DNA of 63,999 nucleotides, filler included, from Candidatus Babelota bacterium (lineage in GTDB: Bacteria; JAGOBX01): assembly GCA_017999075.1 (NCBI GenBank). It is 13 parts of 13 records of this genome, joined end to end, with 100 filler letters (N's around TTAATTAATTAA, not from the genome) between each part and the next. Parts side by side here need not be neighbours in the genome. Positions count along the whole stretch, not along the records: positions 51,778 to 54,877 come from JAGOBX010000494.1; positions 54,978 to 58,071 come from JAGOBX010000495.1; positions 58,172 to 61,263 come from JAGOBX010000496.1; positions 61,364 to 63,999 come from JAGOBX010000571.1; 9 more parts are not named here. The stretch is one strand, 5' to 3'. Position numbers and translations under genes: made by a program. The notes beneath the pieces were generated by a model. It had not been told where the DNA came from and made no database searches. It saw only the letters and a list, made by a program, of their open reading frames with translations. Below, in pieces: positions 51,938 through 63,076 of the stretch (position 1 is the first letter of the stretch; each line of letters begins with the position of its first letter).

Positions 51938-54877
51938 ATGAAAAAAAATGCAATTTTTTTTATATTTTTTTTGATACCTGTTTTTTTATTTGCAGAAAAT
52001 TACACTATAATTTTTCAAGGGAAATTAACCGAATCAACTGGGACAAGAGTTTCAGGAATATTTCCTGTAATATTTTCAATGTATTCTTCCGAATTTGGAG
52101 GACAGGCGCTTTGGACAGAAACTCATAATAATATTAATTTTGAAAATGGAATTTTTACTGCAGAACTCGGAAGTATAAATTCAATAGGAAATTTGCAGTT
52201 AGATAGAGTTTATTATATTGGAATAAATGTAAATAATTCAGGAGAACTTCAGCCGCGTACCAAGATAAATTATAATATGTTTTCTATAAAATCAGTTTAT
52301 GCAGATACAGCTTCTGCTGCTAATTATCTTAATGTAAATGCCGTAAGTCTTGGTTCTTTAACAATAATTGATACTCTGACAGTTAATGATTTATTTGTTG
52401 TGAAAAAAGACGGCAAGATTGGAATAAATACTTTAACTCCTTCAGAACAATTAGAAGTTTCGGGGAAAATTAAAGCAACTTATTTTATGGGTGATGGTTC
52501 GCAGCTTACCAATGTTCAATATAATTCTTTGACAGGCGATGCAATCAGCGGAAGCGAAGTTAGAAATTTATTAAACACTATCCGGAACGATTCAATAGCA
52601 ACTGCTATAACGTTTACAAAAATTGAAGGGGATACAATCACTAAATCAGAAGTCAATAGCAGATTATTGGTTGTAAGCAGCGATACCACTTTACTGAATA
52701 ACCGGATATCATATTTGGAAAGTGATTCAATATATAAACAAGCTAAACTTGTGAATTACGGATTGAGAATTTTGGATTTGGAATCGGATTCAACAGCTAA
52801 AAGTTATTCGGTAAACAATTTAACATCAAATTTGACGAGTTTGACAAACAATAAAGCTGACAGCATTCATCAGCATGAAATAAGTCATATATCGGATTCT
52901 ATACCTTATGTCAGATTGAGCGGAACACCGTATATTCCAGACACATCATTATATTTATTGAAAACAGATACAGGTATTTTTGCGTTGAAAAATCAAATTG
53001 GAATTGATACTGCTTCAGCAGATTTGCGGTATTTATCATTATCTGCAGATACTATGGCGGCAGACTGGCTGAAAGTTTTGAACAAACCCGTTAATTTATC
53101 ATACTTTGTGAATGACAGCGGGTTTATAACATCTGCAGGGGCAGGCATATCACAGGATAGCGGAGATAACAGGTATATTAGAAAAACAGATATCATATCG
53201 TCTGATTCAGTAAGCGGTTTAACATCAAGTCTGACGAGTTTGACAAACAATAAAGCTGACAGCATTCATCAGCATGGAATCAGTCATATATCGGATTCTA
53301 TACCTTATGTCAGACTAAGCGGAACACCATATATTCCTGATACATCATTATATTTATTGAAAACAGACACTGGTGTTTTCGCATTGAAAAATCAAATTGG
53401 AATTGATACTGGTTCAGCAGATTTGCGTTATTTATCATTATCTGCAGATACTATGACAGCAGACTGGCTGAAGGTTTTGAATAAGCCTATTAATTTGTCA
53501 TCATTTGTGAATGACAGCGGATTTATAACATCTGCAGGAGCAGGCATATCGCAGGATAGCGGAGATAACAGATATATTAGAAAAACAGATATCATATCAT
53601 CTGATTCAGTAAGCGGTTTAACATCAAGTCTGACGAATTTGACAAACAATAAAGCTGACAGCGTTCATCAGCATGGAATCAGTCATATATCGGATTCTAT
53701 ACCTTATGTCAGATTGAGCGGAACACCATATATTCCTGATACATCATTATATTTATTGAAAACAGACACTGGTGTTTTCGCATTGAAAAATCAGATTGGA
53801 ATTGATACTGGTTCAGCAGATTTGCGTTATTTATCATTATCTGCAGATACTATGACAGCAGACTGGCTGAAGGTTTTGAATAAGCCTATTAATTTGTCAT
53901 CATTTGTGAATGACAGCGGATTTATAACATCTGCAGGAGCAGGCATATCGCAGGATAGCGGAGATAACAGGTATCGTTTACGCAGCGATACAATTATAGC
54001 TGACAGTATTGGTTACGGGAATGTGAATAATACAGAATTGAATTATCTTGACGGAGTTACTTCTTCGCTCCAGACTCAATTGAATTTAAAATTATCATCA
54101 GTGCCTGACAGTTATTTGAAAAATTTTCAGGAAGATACTATGCCATTCAGATTTAATATGAAAGGATTATTTTTTGCTGATACAATTTACGGAAATACAA
54201 TGACTATTTCTAATACTGTTTATGCTGCTTCGTTTTTCGGTAATGGTTCAGGATTGACAGGAATAAATGCAAGTAAATTTTCTGGATCTGCAGGAGACAG
54301 CATATATATAACAGGAACCAAATTAGGTATTGGAGTCATGTCTCCAACAGACAGCTTGCATGTTAAGGGTTCTGCAGGATTTTATACTCAGGATAATTCA
54401 GGAACTATGGTTTTTGCACCAAACGGAAATCTGAGCATAGGCAGAATTTCTTCTGAAACTGCAGGAGCAGGCATAATAGGGCCGATATTACATGTCGGAG
54501 ACAACGGTAATGGAATAATAAGAACGGGGCAGATTATTATACAAAGTACAACATCAGATATGTGGTCAATGATTTACGGAAACTACGATTTTAATTTAAG
54601 GCGATGGAATAGCTCATCATGGGATCAATATTTTATTATTAAATCTTCTGGAAACGTAGGGATAGGCACTAATTCTCCTTCTGATAGCCTGCAGGTTAAA
54701 GGTTCAATAAAAGCAGAAACATTAACAATTACAAAAATAATTTATAGTGATACAATTACAGCAAATAAATTTATCGGGGACGGTTCGGGATTGACAGGTA
54801 TCACTGCTTCGGCCTCAGATTCTGTATGGACAATCAGCGGCAATAATATTTCCCGAGATACAGGGACAGTGCTAATC
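51938..54877 (+). CDS. Secreted fibrous/adhesin-like protein with tail-fibre-like repeats, 3'-truncated
   Basis: Signal peptide, FQGKL...LW.ETH...NG.F...LG N-domain, G.IGI.T..P...L.V.G and F.GDGS.LT motifs. Confidence 0.8.
52819..53975 (+). repeat. Three tandem 399-bp (133-aa) intragenic repeats, the third incomplete
   Basis: AATAAAGCTGACAGC at 52850, 53249 and 53648. Confidence 0.95.
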
Positions 54878-54977
54878 NNNNNNNNNNNNNNNNNNNNNNN
54901 NNNNNNNNNNNNNNNNNNNNNTTAATTAATTAANNNNNNNNNNNNNNNNNNNNNNNNNNNNNNNNNNNNNNNNNNNN

Positions 54978-55997
54978 ATTATATGCATACGGTTATTGTC
55001 AACATTAAGAGGAGTATTAATTTCACAGGTTGACCGGCCATTATATGCTTTAGTATATATTTTCTACTTTTTATATATTTTTTTCATTTTATTTTTCTCA
55101 TATAAATCTATTAAATCAAAAAATAATATTTCTCATTTTATAAAATTTCTTGTTTTTTTTTCAGCAGCATACTGTTGCTACAGCTTATCTTCGATTTTTA
55201 TTTCTGGAAACCGTTTTTTACATACTCTTTATATATTTGATAATCAATATATTCCGGCAGAAAACGCTGTTTTTTTTATTCCTTTATTCTTTTTTTTCTA
55301 TGGAATTATGTTTCAAGAAAAAAAGATATCAGCTAAAATATGGTATGTATTTCTGTTATGCCTGGTTGAAGGTTGCATTATTTTTTCATATAGCAGGTCA
55401 GGATATATAATTTTTGGGTGTCTTCTTATATTTTTTTCTTTATTACAAAGAAAATTCATTAATATTATTTTATCATTATTGTTTATTATTATTTTGATTA
55501 ATGTTATTTCTAATAATACCGGCATTAAAAATTATATTGAAAAAACTTTTCATGGGAAAACAGAGTTTATAATTCCTTCATTATCCGACTCCGAAAAAAC
55601 AATAAAACTTGATGACTCCACTGCGGCCAAAATCTCCAAATACGAAAATATATTAAGTTATTGGAAAGAATACCCTATTTTCGGGCTTGGAGTAACAGGT
55701 GCAGGATTTGTCGAATCTCAATTTTTCCTGATTCTCGGCGAAACAGGTATAATGGGAATACTTGGGTATTCTTTATTTTTCGGATATTTTTTTAAGATGA
55801 CTTCAAGACTTAAAAAAAAATGTGCAGACACTGAATTCTATGGAATAATATCAGGATACAGGTATTGCCTCATTTCCATTATTGCACTTGGATTTTTAAT
55901 AAATGTATTTTATTTCAATGTTATATCTATAATTTTCGGCGTTTTAAGCGGAATAATTTTTAGAATAAAATTTATTGCGGAGGCAAATAAAATATGA
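54978..55997 (+). CDS. O-antigen ligase/Wzy-like membrane protein, 5'-truncated
   Basis: SYSRSG, YPIFGLG..G, ESQFF.ILGETG..G. Confidence 0.8.
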   Translation: MICIRLLSTLRGVLISQVDRPLYALVYIFYFLYIFFILFFSYKSIKSKNNISHFIKFLVFFSAAYCCYSLSSIFISGNRFLHTLYIFDNQYIPAENAVFFIPLFFFFYGIMFQEKKISAKIWYVFLLCLVEGCIIFSYSRSGYIIFGCLLIFFSLLQRKFINIILSLLFIIILINVISNNTGIKNYIEKTFHGKTEFIIPSLSDSEKTIKLDDSTAAKISKYENILSYWKEYPIFGLGVTGAGFVESQFFLILGETGIMGILGYSLFFGYFFKMTSRLKKKCADTEFYGIISGYRYCLISIIALGFLINVFYFNVISIIFGVLSGIIFRIKFIAEANKI

Positions 55998-56971
55998 AAT
56001 CATTTTTACAATGTCCTGAATGTGAAACCTATTTTGAAAATAATTTTACCGAATGTCAAAAATGTCCTGGATGCGGTTCTGAAATTTGTCAAAATGCTCA
56101 AAATATTGCAGAACTTAAACAAAAATTTTACAAAAAATATAAAGGAATTAATTTTTTCGCAATAGGTATAGTTGTAGCAATAACTTTAATTGTTTGGGGC
56201 GCAGCCTTGCTATACACATCTATGCAGACAAAATTATTTGAATCAACCGCAAAAATAGAAATAACTATAAATAATTTTCCGTTCAACAATGAAAAAGAAC
56301 AAAAAATTTTTAAAAAAGCTTTTTCAACAATTTCTAATGATTTAATATTAAACAGAAAAAATATGATGTCAGCTTTAAATAAATTAAATGTTCTCGAAAA
56401 AAATTCCGATGAAAATCGTATTAATGAAATAATATCTAAAACCCTTAACAGATTAACAATTTATAACGATTGTTTTAATGTCAGTGATATTCCTGAAACA
56501 TATTTAATTTGTACTTCGAATATATCAATAGTCTCTTCAGAACCTCTAAAAGCATCTAATATTATAAACGCTATTTTAGATGAATCAATATCAGATACTG
56601 AATATTTCAAAAATCAGATAATTAGTTTTATAACAAATAATTTGAAAAAATCACATTTATATTATACTGGCTATACTGAATTCTATGCTTCTGAAATTCA
56701 AAAAACAAAAAAAATGGAAAAAGATAAAACAATTTTACAAAATAATATCAATACACTTGAACTCGAATATAAAAACTATTACAAACTTATGAAAGAATAT
56801 GAATATTATATAGGCAGATTGCAGAACCTGAATATTCAATTCAATTCTGTACCTTCAGTCACACCTAAAAAACCTATATATCCTAATGTGCGCCAGTCTT
56901 CTCTGGCAGGACTTGTAATGGGTTTAATTTTAGGTATATTGGTTTCTTATTTTGCAGTTAAAAACAAATAA
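55994..56971 (+). CDS. Wzz/polysaccharide co-polymerase-like protein with N-terminal Zn ribbon
   Basis: CPEC...CPGC, TM, FESTAKI, coiled coil, P.KPIYP plus glycine-rich TM. Confidence 0.7.
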   Translation: MKSFLQCPECETYFENNFTECQKCPGCGSEICQNAQNIAELKQKFYKKYKGINFFAIGIVVAITLIVWGAALLYTSMQTKLFESTAKIEITINNFPFNNEKEQKIFKKAFSTISNDLILNRKNMMSALNKLNVLEKNSDENRINEIISKTLNRLTIYNDCFNVSDIPETYLICTSNISIVSSEPLKASNIINAILDESISDTEYFKNQIISFITNNLKKSHLYYTGYTEFYASEIQKTKKMEKDKTILQNNINTLELEYKNYYKLMKEYEYYIGRLQNLNIQFNSVPSVTPKKPIYPNVRQSSLAGLVMGLILGILVSYFAVKNK

Positions 56972-57013
56972 AAGGAATGTTTCCAAATGGCGGTTTTATC
57001 AGTATGTCGGGTA

Positions 57014-57502
57014 TCAGTATACTACCGCAGGAAAGTTTGATACAGTCAGACGCAGAATAGATTCTGCGCCTAAATCCTCGTATGCAAGGATTCTCGATTT
57101 TATTATATATTTTGAAAGAAGCGCGGCAAATCCTCCGAACGTAACAAAATATATAGATTTATTTTTGATTTTATCAAGGGTTTCCTTCGATAATTGCCCC
57201 TTGCCTATAAATCCGGTAACTCCTTGTTCTGACATAAAAGGAATATATTTTTCCATTCTTGAACTGGTGGTGGGACCTATTGAGCCTATTACTTTGCCTG
57301 GACGAGCCGGAGAAGGACCTGCAAAAAATATTATTTGATTTTTTAGCATGATTTCAGAAATTCCGCCTGATTTTACCGAATCAAAAATTCTTTTGTGCGC
57401 TTGATCCCTGGCAACTATTATATCCCCTGATATTTCAACAAAATCACCTGATTTATATTTATGTATCAAATCTATTGATAACGGCAAAACAACTTTTTTC
57501 AT
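57014..57502 (-). CDS. Fe-S fumarate/tartrate hydratase beta subunit
   Basis: ARDQAH, GPTTSSRM, IGKG, GG.AAL, DLG.E. Confidence 0.93.
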   Translation of the reverse strand: MKKVVLPLSIDLIHKYKSGDFVEISGDIIVARDQAHKRIFDSVKSGGISEIMLKNQIIFFAGPSPARPGKVIGSIGPTTSSRMEKYIPFMSEQGVTGFIGKGQLSKETLDKIKNKSIYFVTFGGFAALLSKYIIKSRILAYEDLGAESILRLTVSNFPAVVY

Positions 57503-57507
57503 ATTTT

Positions 57508-58071
57508 TTATATTTCCAATCTGCCGATTCTTACTGCATTGCACGATACGCTCAATGCAACAGGAAGCATCGCAATATGAACAGGAAGAAACTTAATATT
57601 AGCTTTAACAACAGTATCTCCTATTCCTAATCCCTGCATACCTATTTTAAGTTTATTCGTTTCTTTAATTATTTTTTTTGATAACAGTAATGCTCTGCGG
57701 CTTTTATCTGCAAATTCATCTATCAAAATTTTTTTTGACATCATTAAACAGTAATCCACTGTCCCTCCTATGCAAATCCCCAGTTTATATGGAGGGCAAG
57801 CTTTACTGCCGATTGATTTTATTGATTCTGTTATATATTTTATTATTTGAGTTTCATCTGCTGTAGGTTCGAAACATTTTAATCCGGTAACATTTTCACT
57901 TCCGCCGCCTTTCGGTAAAAACCATATTTTCAACTTATTTCCTTCTACAATTTCTGTATAAACAAATGCAGGCGTGTTATCACCGGAATTCTTATTTCTC
58001 AACAATGGGTCTGTTACCATTGATTTTCGTAAATATCCTTCCTTATATCCTATTGATACTCCTTCCTGAAC
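57508..58071 (-). CDS. Fe-S fumarate/tartrate hydratase alpha subunit, 5'-truncated
   Basis: N.GDNTPA, PKGGGSEN, ACPP, G.QGLG, HIA.LPV...C. Confidence 0.93.
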   Translation of the reverse strand, partial: VQEGVSIGYKEGYLRKSMVTDPLLRNKNSGDNTPAFVYTEIVEGNKLKIWFLPKGGGSENVTGLKCFEPTADETQIIKYITESIKSIGSKACPPYKLGICIGGTVDYCLMMSKKILIDEFADKSRRALLLSKKIIKETNKLKIGMQGLGIGDTVVKANIKFLPVHIAMLPVALSVSCNAVRIGRLEI

Positions 58072-58171
58072 NNNNNNNNNNNNNNNNNNNNNNNNNNNNN
58101 NNNNNNNNNNNNNNNTTAATTAATTAANNNNNNNNNNNNNNNNNNNNNNNNNNNNNNNNNNNNNNNNNNNN

Positions 58172-58622
58172 GTTCTACATTATCCATATTTCTAAAATTC
58201 CCGTGCTGTATGTCATATGCATGTGCAGGAACAGCCATATCTTCAACCAAATGTGTCATTAGTCCGAAATAATAATAAGCATCTTCATCATTTGAAGAAA
58301 ATTTAAAATTTTTATATTTATCAAATCCTTTTTCCCAATGAACTTTAATCGCACCATCATTTTTTTTTCCATCTTCACCGTTGTTGTCAATATAATCGTT
58401 ATGTGCACTTGCATCATCAGTTGAGCCGTCTGTCCAAGCACAAATATCATTTCCAAATCGTGTTGTAATATCAGGATATTCGATCGCTGTTATTAATTTT
58501 TTTGCTTCATCAGAAAGATAATAATGAGTTGAACCAAATGGTGGTACACTCCACCATGAATAAATAGGACTAACTAATTTTAAGAACAAAAAGAAAAATA
58601 TCATATATTTTTTTTGATTCAT
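58172..58622 (-). CDS. Secreted Zn-dependent phospholipase C / P1-nuclease-fold protein, fragment
   Basis: Signal peptide then W...TH; HLVEDMAVPAH, H, D..E metal ligands; start moved to ATG 58622 (GGAG RBS). Confidence 0.75.
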
Positions 58623-58647
58623 TTTGAATAACTCCGTTACAAAAAAA

Positions 58648-59868
58648 TTAATCAAACCATAAATGACCTTGAATTTTGTATGTCTTTGCATTCTGTTTAT
58701 GCCTTTCTTCTTTTCCATTAAAATCATACTCAATGTCTGAAAGAACAGATAACGAATAGTAAGCTTCTTCTCGAACAAGAATTGATTTATCTGATAATGC
58801 TTTTTCCAAGAAAGGTATAAATTCTTTGAATTTTAAAAAACCCATTGCATGTGCAGATGTTAGTCTAACAATTGATTCTTTATCGTTAAGAAGTTTTACT
58901 AATTCATCAGTAAAAGTATAATTCATTTTTATATGCTTAGCTTTATAGTTTTCACATAATTTTTTAATGGCAGTTATAGCTTGAATTCGAACGTATTTAT
59001 CATTATTATTAGTAAGTTCAACGATATCCTCTTTAGTAATTGCATCGGTAATTCTTATAAATGCCATAGCGGCAGATTCGCGAATTTTTTCATCATCGTG
59101 ATTAAGTAATTCTTTTATATATTGCTTTGCTTTAGGATTTTTAATATTATGAAGTTGTTTTGATAGATTTTTATATTCCTTTTTATTTTTATGATGTTTT
59201 ATCTTATCAACGAGGGACTTAGTTTCCTCAATGCCTAATCCGCCATAATTAATATTTTCACCTTTATACGCTCTATTTTTTAATTCAGTCTTTTGTCCAA
59301 TTTCATCAATTTCTATAAGTGCATCTGACGCATTTCGTTTTAAGGACTCGACATTAAGATATTCTTTTAATATAGGGATAGCCTTTTTACTTTTAAATTT
59401 TCCAAGTTTATCCATAATAATTATCAAACATCTATAACGTTTTTTATTTTCAACTGTCCAAAAATATTTATTGTTTACATTATCTCCTTGTTTAATATTC
59501 TCAATTTCATTTTCTAATAGTTCTATCAAAACTTTATCACATTCCGAGTCTGAAATTGTGGAAATTGACTTTATTGCAGCTTCTAATAAATCAACATCAC
59601 ATTTTTCTCCTCTTTTTAAAAATATATTTTCCCGCATTTCTGCTAAATCACTTGCATCATTAACTGTTAATTCAGACAATTCTTTAATAAGTTTATATCT
59701 TTCTATGTCTTCTTTATCTTTAACATAAATTTTTTGAAGCAACGATTTTATTTTTTTATCAGTCCTACCGTTTAAGGTATCTTTTTTATTTTGTGCAAGC
59801 AAGGAATAAATAACTAAAATACTGCTACTTAATATACAAACCAATATAATAAATAATTTTTTTCTCAT
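58648..59868 (-). CDS. HEAT/PBS-lyase repeat protein with N-terminal signal or anchor
   Basis: AIP.L...L, LL...D..IR..AA, L.D....VR..A repeats. Confidence 0.85.
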   Translation of the reverse strand: MRKKLFIILVCILSSSILVIYSLLAQNKKDTLNGRTDKKIKSLLQKIYVKDKEDIERYKLIKELSELTVNDASDLAEMRENIFLKRGEKCDVDLLEAAIKSISTISDSECDKVLIELLENEIENIKQGDNVNNKYFWTVENKKRYRCLIIIMDKLGKFKSKKAIPILKEYLNVESLKRNASDALIEIDEIGQKTELKNRAYKGENINYGGLGIEETKSLVDKIKHHKNKKEYKNLSKQLHNIKNPKAKQYIKELLNHDDEKIRESAAMAFIRITDAITKEDIVELTNNNDKYVRIQAITAIKKLCENYKAKHIKMNYTFTDELVKLLNDKESIVRLTSAHAMGFLKFKEFIPFLEKALSDKSILVREEAYYSLSVLSDIEYDFNGKEERHKQNAKTYKIQGHLWFD

Positions 59869-60143
59869 AATTTCATCATCTCCTAAAATAAATTTTACTC
59901 ACAAAAATAAACTAACACAGCCGCGCAAAAGCGCAACGCAGACCATCGGCAAAACGCCGATTTTCGCCGGATTCCAAACAAAATTCAGACAAAAGCCCTT
60001 TTACTTTGAATTTTAATACAATTTACCTTACCTTGAATGAAACGGAAAACTTTGGGGAAAGTTTTGAAGTTGATTGTCATTATATTTTCCGTCTTCTTAG
60101 CGTCGGGTCTTCCCGATTCCCGATTATTTAAAATATGATTCAA

Positions 60144-61263
60144 TTAAATCACCAACCTTTGTAAATTTTCAAATAGTAAGGCAGCTTCCAAATACGCCCA
60201 CTTGCTTTCCCAACTCAGTTTTTTTAAATAATCCGGTTCGTCAAAATTAATTTCGCCTGTCCAGATTTCCTGATATGATGCACCGACATTGATTGAAACA
60301 TTTTTTGATGCGCCGGCAGGTAGTTCTATTTCAATGGTCGGCTTTGAAACCTTTTCGCTAAAATTCAATATCAATTCAAAATTTGTCCCGCACCACAATG
60401 GTTTTGAATCGTCCATCATCCCGTCGTCCGTCCAGCCAGTATATTTAGCCGGATCCTTATCCTTCTTTTTTTCCCCACCGCTTTTATTAAGAAAACGCTC
60501 CATTACTTTTTTATATTTATTTGCCAGAATACTGTACGGAGTTATTCTTTCCTCCTCGTCGTCCACCCAGACACCTTCGTATTTCTTCCCGCCAGGTCCT
60601 TTTATTTTCGCGCTTTTCAAATACGGCGGATGATTCACTGCGTCGTGATAGTATTTCAATAATCCGGCTGAATAATTAATCGCGACATCTATTAAGCTGA
60701 CGCCATTGTTTTTTTTCTCCATATATATTTTACACAGCCCGCCGATTGTGTTCGGAATTGTTGGATTTGACGGACCGTATGTTGAGAATAAATCGTTCCT
60801 TATTTTATATGGATTTGCCTGGTCTATGTTTTCAAGATAATAATAATTGTCCCACTGCGATGACGCGCCGGCGTCTGTGCATTCCCACCAGTCGCTCGTA
60901 TATGATGATAATAAAATAGGATAATAATTTCCCACACCTGCTATCCGCCAATATAATTTGCCGCTTGTGCCGCTTGAACCGCTGAAAACATACTTTAATT
61001 TGTCCCCGAACATTTCTTTAAGCTCGCCGCTTGCGCTCGGCCTTCCCAACCTCAAATAATTAAAATCCGCCTGAAATGACGATGCAGTGTATGTCTTTTC
61101 TGCTAATCGTTTATGATATTCTTCAAGTGACGATTCCTGCTTTGGCGATGTTCCGTAACCTTGTATCTTACCGACTACAGCGGGAATACGTACATATTCT
61201 TCATAATCATCGGGACCAGTGAATGGCAAATGCATATCATTCTGCACATGCGCAGGCACCAAC
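60144..61263 (-). CDS. Second phospholipase C-like protein, 5'-truncated, with C-terminal Ig-like region
   Basis: VPAHVQNDMH...DDYEEY at the contig edge mirrors VPAHAYDIQH...DNVE; L.FSE.V Ig-like motif. Confidence 0.6.
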
Positions 61264-61513
61264 NNNNNNNNNNNNNNNNNNNNNNNNNNNNNNNNNNNNN
61301 NNNNNNNTTAATTAATTAANNNNNNNNNNNNNNNNNNNNNNNNNNNNNNNNNNNNNNNNNNNNAAATAAACAGCCAATAATTCGGATTAGAAGTTTTTAG
61401 GGGTAACCATAAATTCTATAAGAAAAATAAGATTCAATTATTATATTTTCAAAAATTTCTAAAAATTTTACCAAACAAAAGCATTAAATTTTTTACGGAG
61501 TAAAAATATTTTT

Positions 61514-63076
61514 ATGAAAAAAATTAATCTTAAAAATTTTTTTATAATTAATTTAACAATAATGATTCTGCTGTTAATATCATTTACAGCATGTTCAAAA
61601 GACGAACAGCAGATCGATGTTCAACAGAATCATAATCAACCTCAGGAGATAAAAACCGCTGATCTGTCTATTATTCATTTCAATGATTTTCATGCAGCAT
61701 TCAGAACCATAGGCAAATCAGACGAGCAGGATTTACCAAAATGGGGGGGCGCCGGAGTTTTAGGCGGATATATAAAAAATTTCAGAAGCGCAAATGAAAA
61801 TACCTTAATATTCTTTTCAGGCGATATGATACAAAAAACACCTCTTGAAGAAGTTTCTAAAGCAGAATCGCTTATTGACATTTTTAATATTTTAAAGCCT
61901 GATGCAGCCACGTTGGGAAATCATGAATTTGATTACGGCAGAGAGCATCTTGAAACTTTATTGAAAAAAATAAAATATCCTGTAGTATCAGCAAACATTT
62001 TTGACGCTGAAACCGGAAAATCACTTGTTCCGGAATATTGCATCATATCAACAAAAAACAATGTTAAAATATTAGTAATCGGACTTTATCCGGTGTCAGG
62101 AAAAAAATACGCAGAAAAAGATTTTAATGTAAAAATCAAAGAACCGCTTGATATAGTAAAAAAAATAGCAAGGCAAAAAGATGCTGAAGTCGATTTAACC
62201 GTAATATTGTCTCATCTTGGAATTGGCGATGATATAGAATTATCAAATAGCCTTTCAAAAAATTCAGAAGTTGATTTAATAATCGGCGGTCATTCACATA
62301 CTTTGATAGAAAAAATAGATAATGAACTTCCTGTGCCTGTAGTTCAGGCTTACTGCAACGGATATTATCTTGGACAACTAAATATAACTGCTGATTTAAC
62401 AAATAACAAAATCACTAAACTGGATTATAAAATAATACCTACATATCAAAAAAACATCGAACCCGATGCCCAAATCGAAGAAATTGTCAAAACTGATATG
62501 GAAAAAATTCCGGAATTATTTAAAACAATAGCAAAAACAGAAAAACCGTTAGGCAACGAATCAAGAACAGGAGAAACAAATATCGGAAATTTTTCAGTTG
62601 ATGTTTTATCAGATATTTTTAAGACAGACCTGGCTTTTATGAACTCTAAAAGCATAAGAAGTTCAATTTCTGGTCCTGAAATCTGCGCCAATGACATTAT
62701 AGAAGCTTTTCCTTTTGAAGGAGGGCTTTACAAAGTCAAAATCACCGGCGAAAATATAATTAAAATGATTGAATATTATTACAATAAGAAAAAAGACAGA
62801 CAATTATTTGTTCCTTATAATTTATTCTACAGATATTCAGAAAACAACAGCGGCAACATTGAGGTTACAGAAATTTTATTCAAAGGAAAAGAATTAAAAC
62901 CTTCCAAACAATATACAGCTGTAACAGATGAACGCACTGCTGAAGAATTTGAAAGATATTACGATGCTGAAAACATGGGAAAAATCGCAGAAAACTTATC
63001 TGATGAATATATAAAATATTTAAAAAAAATAAAAGTATATAAACCTTATAAACCAGGACGATTCGAAAAAAACTGA
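61514..63076 (+). CDS. Bifunctional metallophosphatase/5'-nucleotidase lipoprotein
   Basis: Lipobox FTAC, HFNDFH, GD, GNHEFD, SHLG, GGHSH, PF.G. Confidence 0.93.
   Translation: MKKINLKNFFIINLTIMILLLISFTACSKDEQQIDVQQNHNQPQEIKTADLSIIHFNDFHAAFRTIGKSDEQDLPKWGGAGVLGGYIKNFRSANENTLIFFSGDMIQKTPLEEVSKAESLIDIFNILKPDAATLGNHEFDYGREHLETLLKKIKYPVVSANIFDAETGKSLVPEYCIISTKNNVKILVIGLYPVSGKKYAEKDFNVKIKEPLDIVKKIARQKDAEVDLTVILSHLGIGDDIELSNSLSKNSEVDLIIGGHSHTLIEKIDNELPVPVVQAYCNGYYLGQLNITADLTNNKITKLDYKIIPTYQKNIEPDAQIEEIVKTDMEKIPELFKTIAKTEKPLGNESRTGETNIGNFSVDVLSDIFKTDLAFMNSKSIRSSISGPEICANDIIEAFPFEGGLYKVKITGENIIKMIEYYYNKKKDRQLFVPYNLFYRYSENNSGNIEVTEILFKGKELKPSKQYTAVTDERTAEEFERYYDAENMGKIAENLSDEYIKYLKKIKVYKPYKPGRFEKN

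Noticed and set aside
56952-57338. 128-aa plus-strand ORF
   Set aside because: Antisense to the fumarase beta subunit
3135-61363. Regularly recurring TTAATTAATTAA flanked by Ns as a biological repeat
   Set aside because: It is a synthetic contig-joining linker, so no cross-linker operons or synteny were inferred
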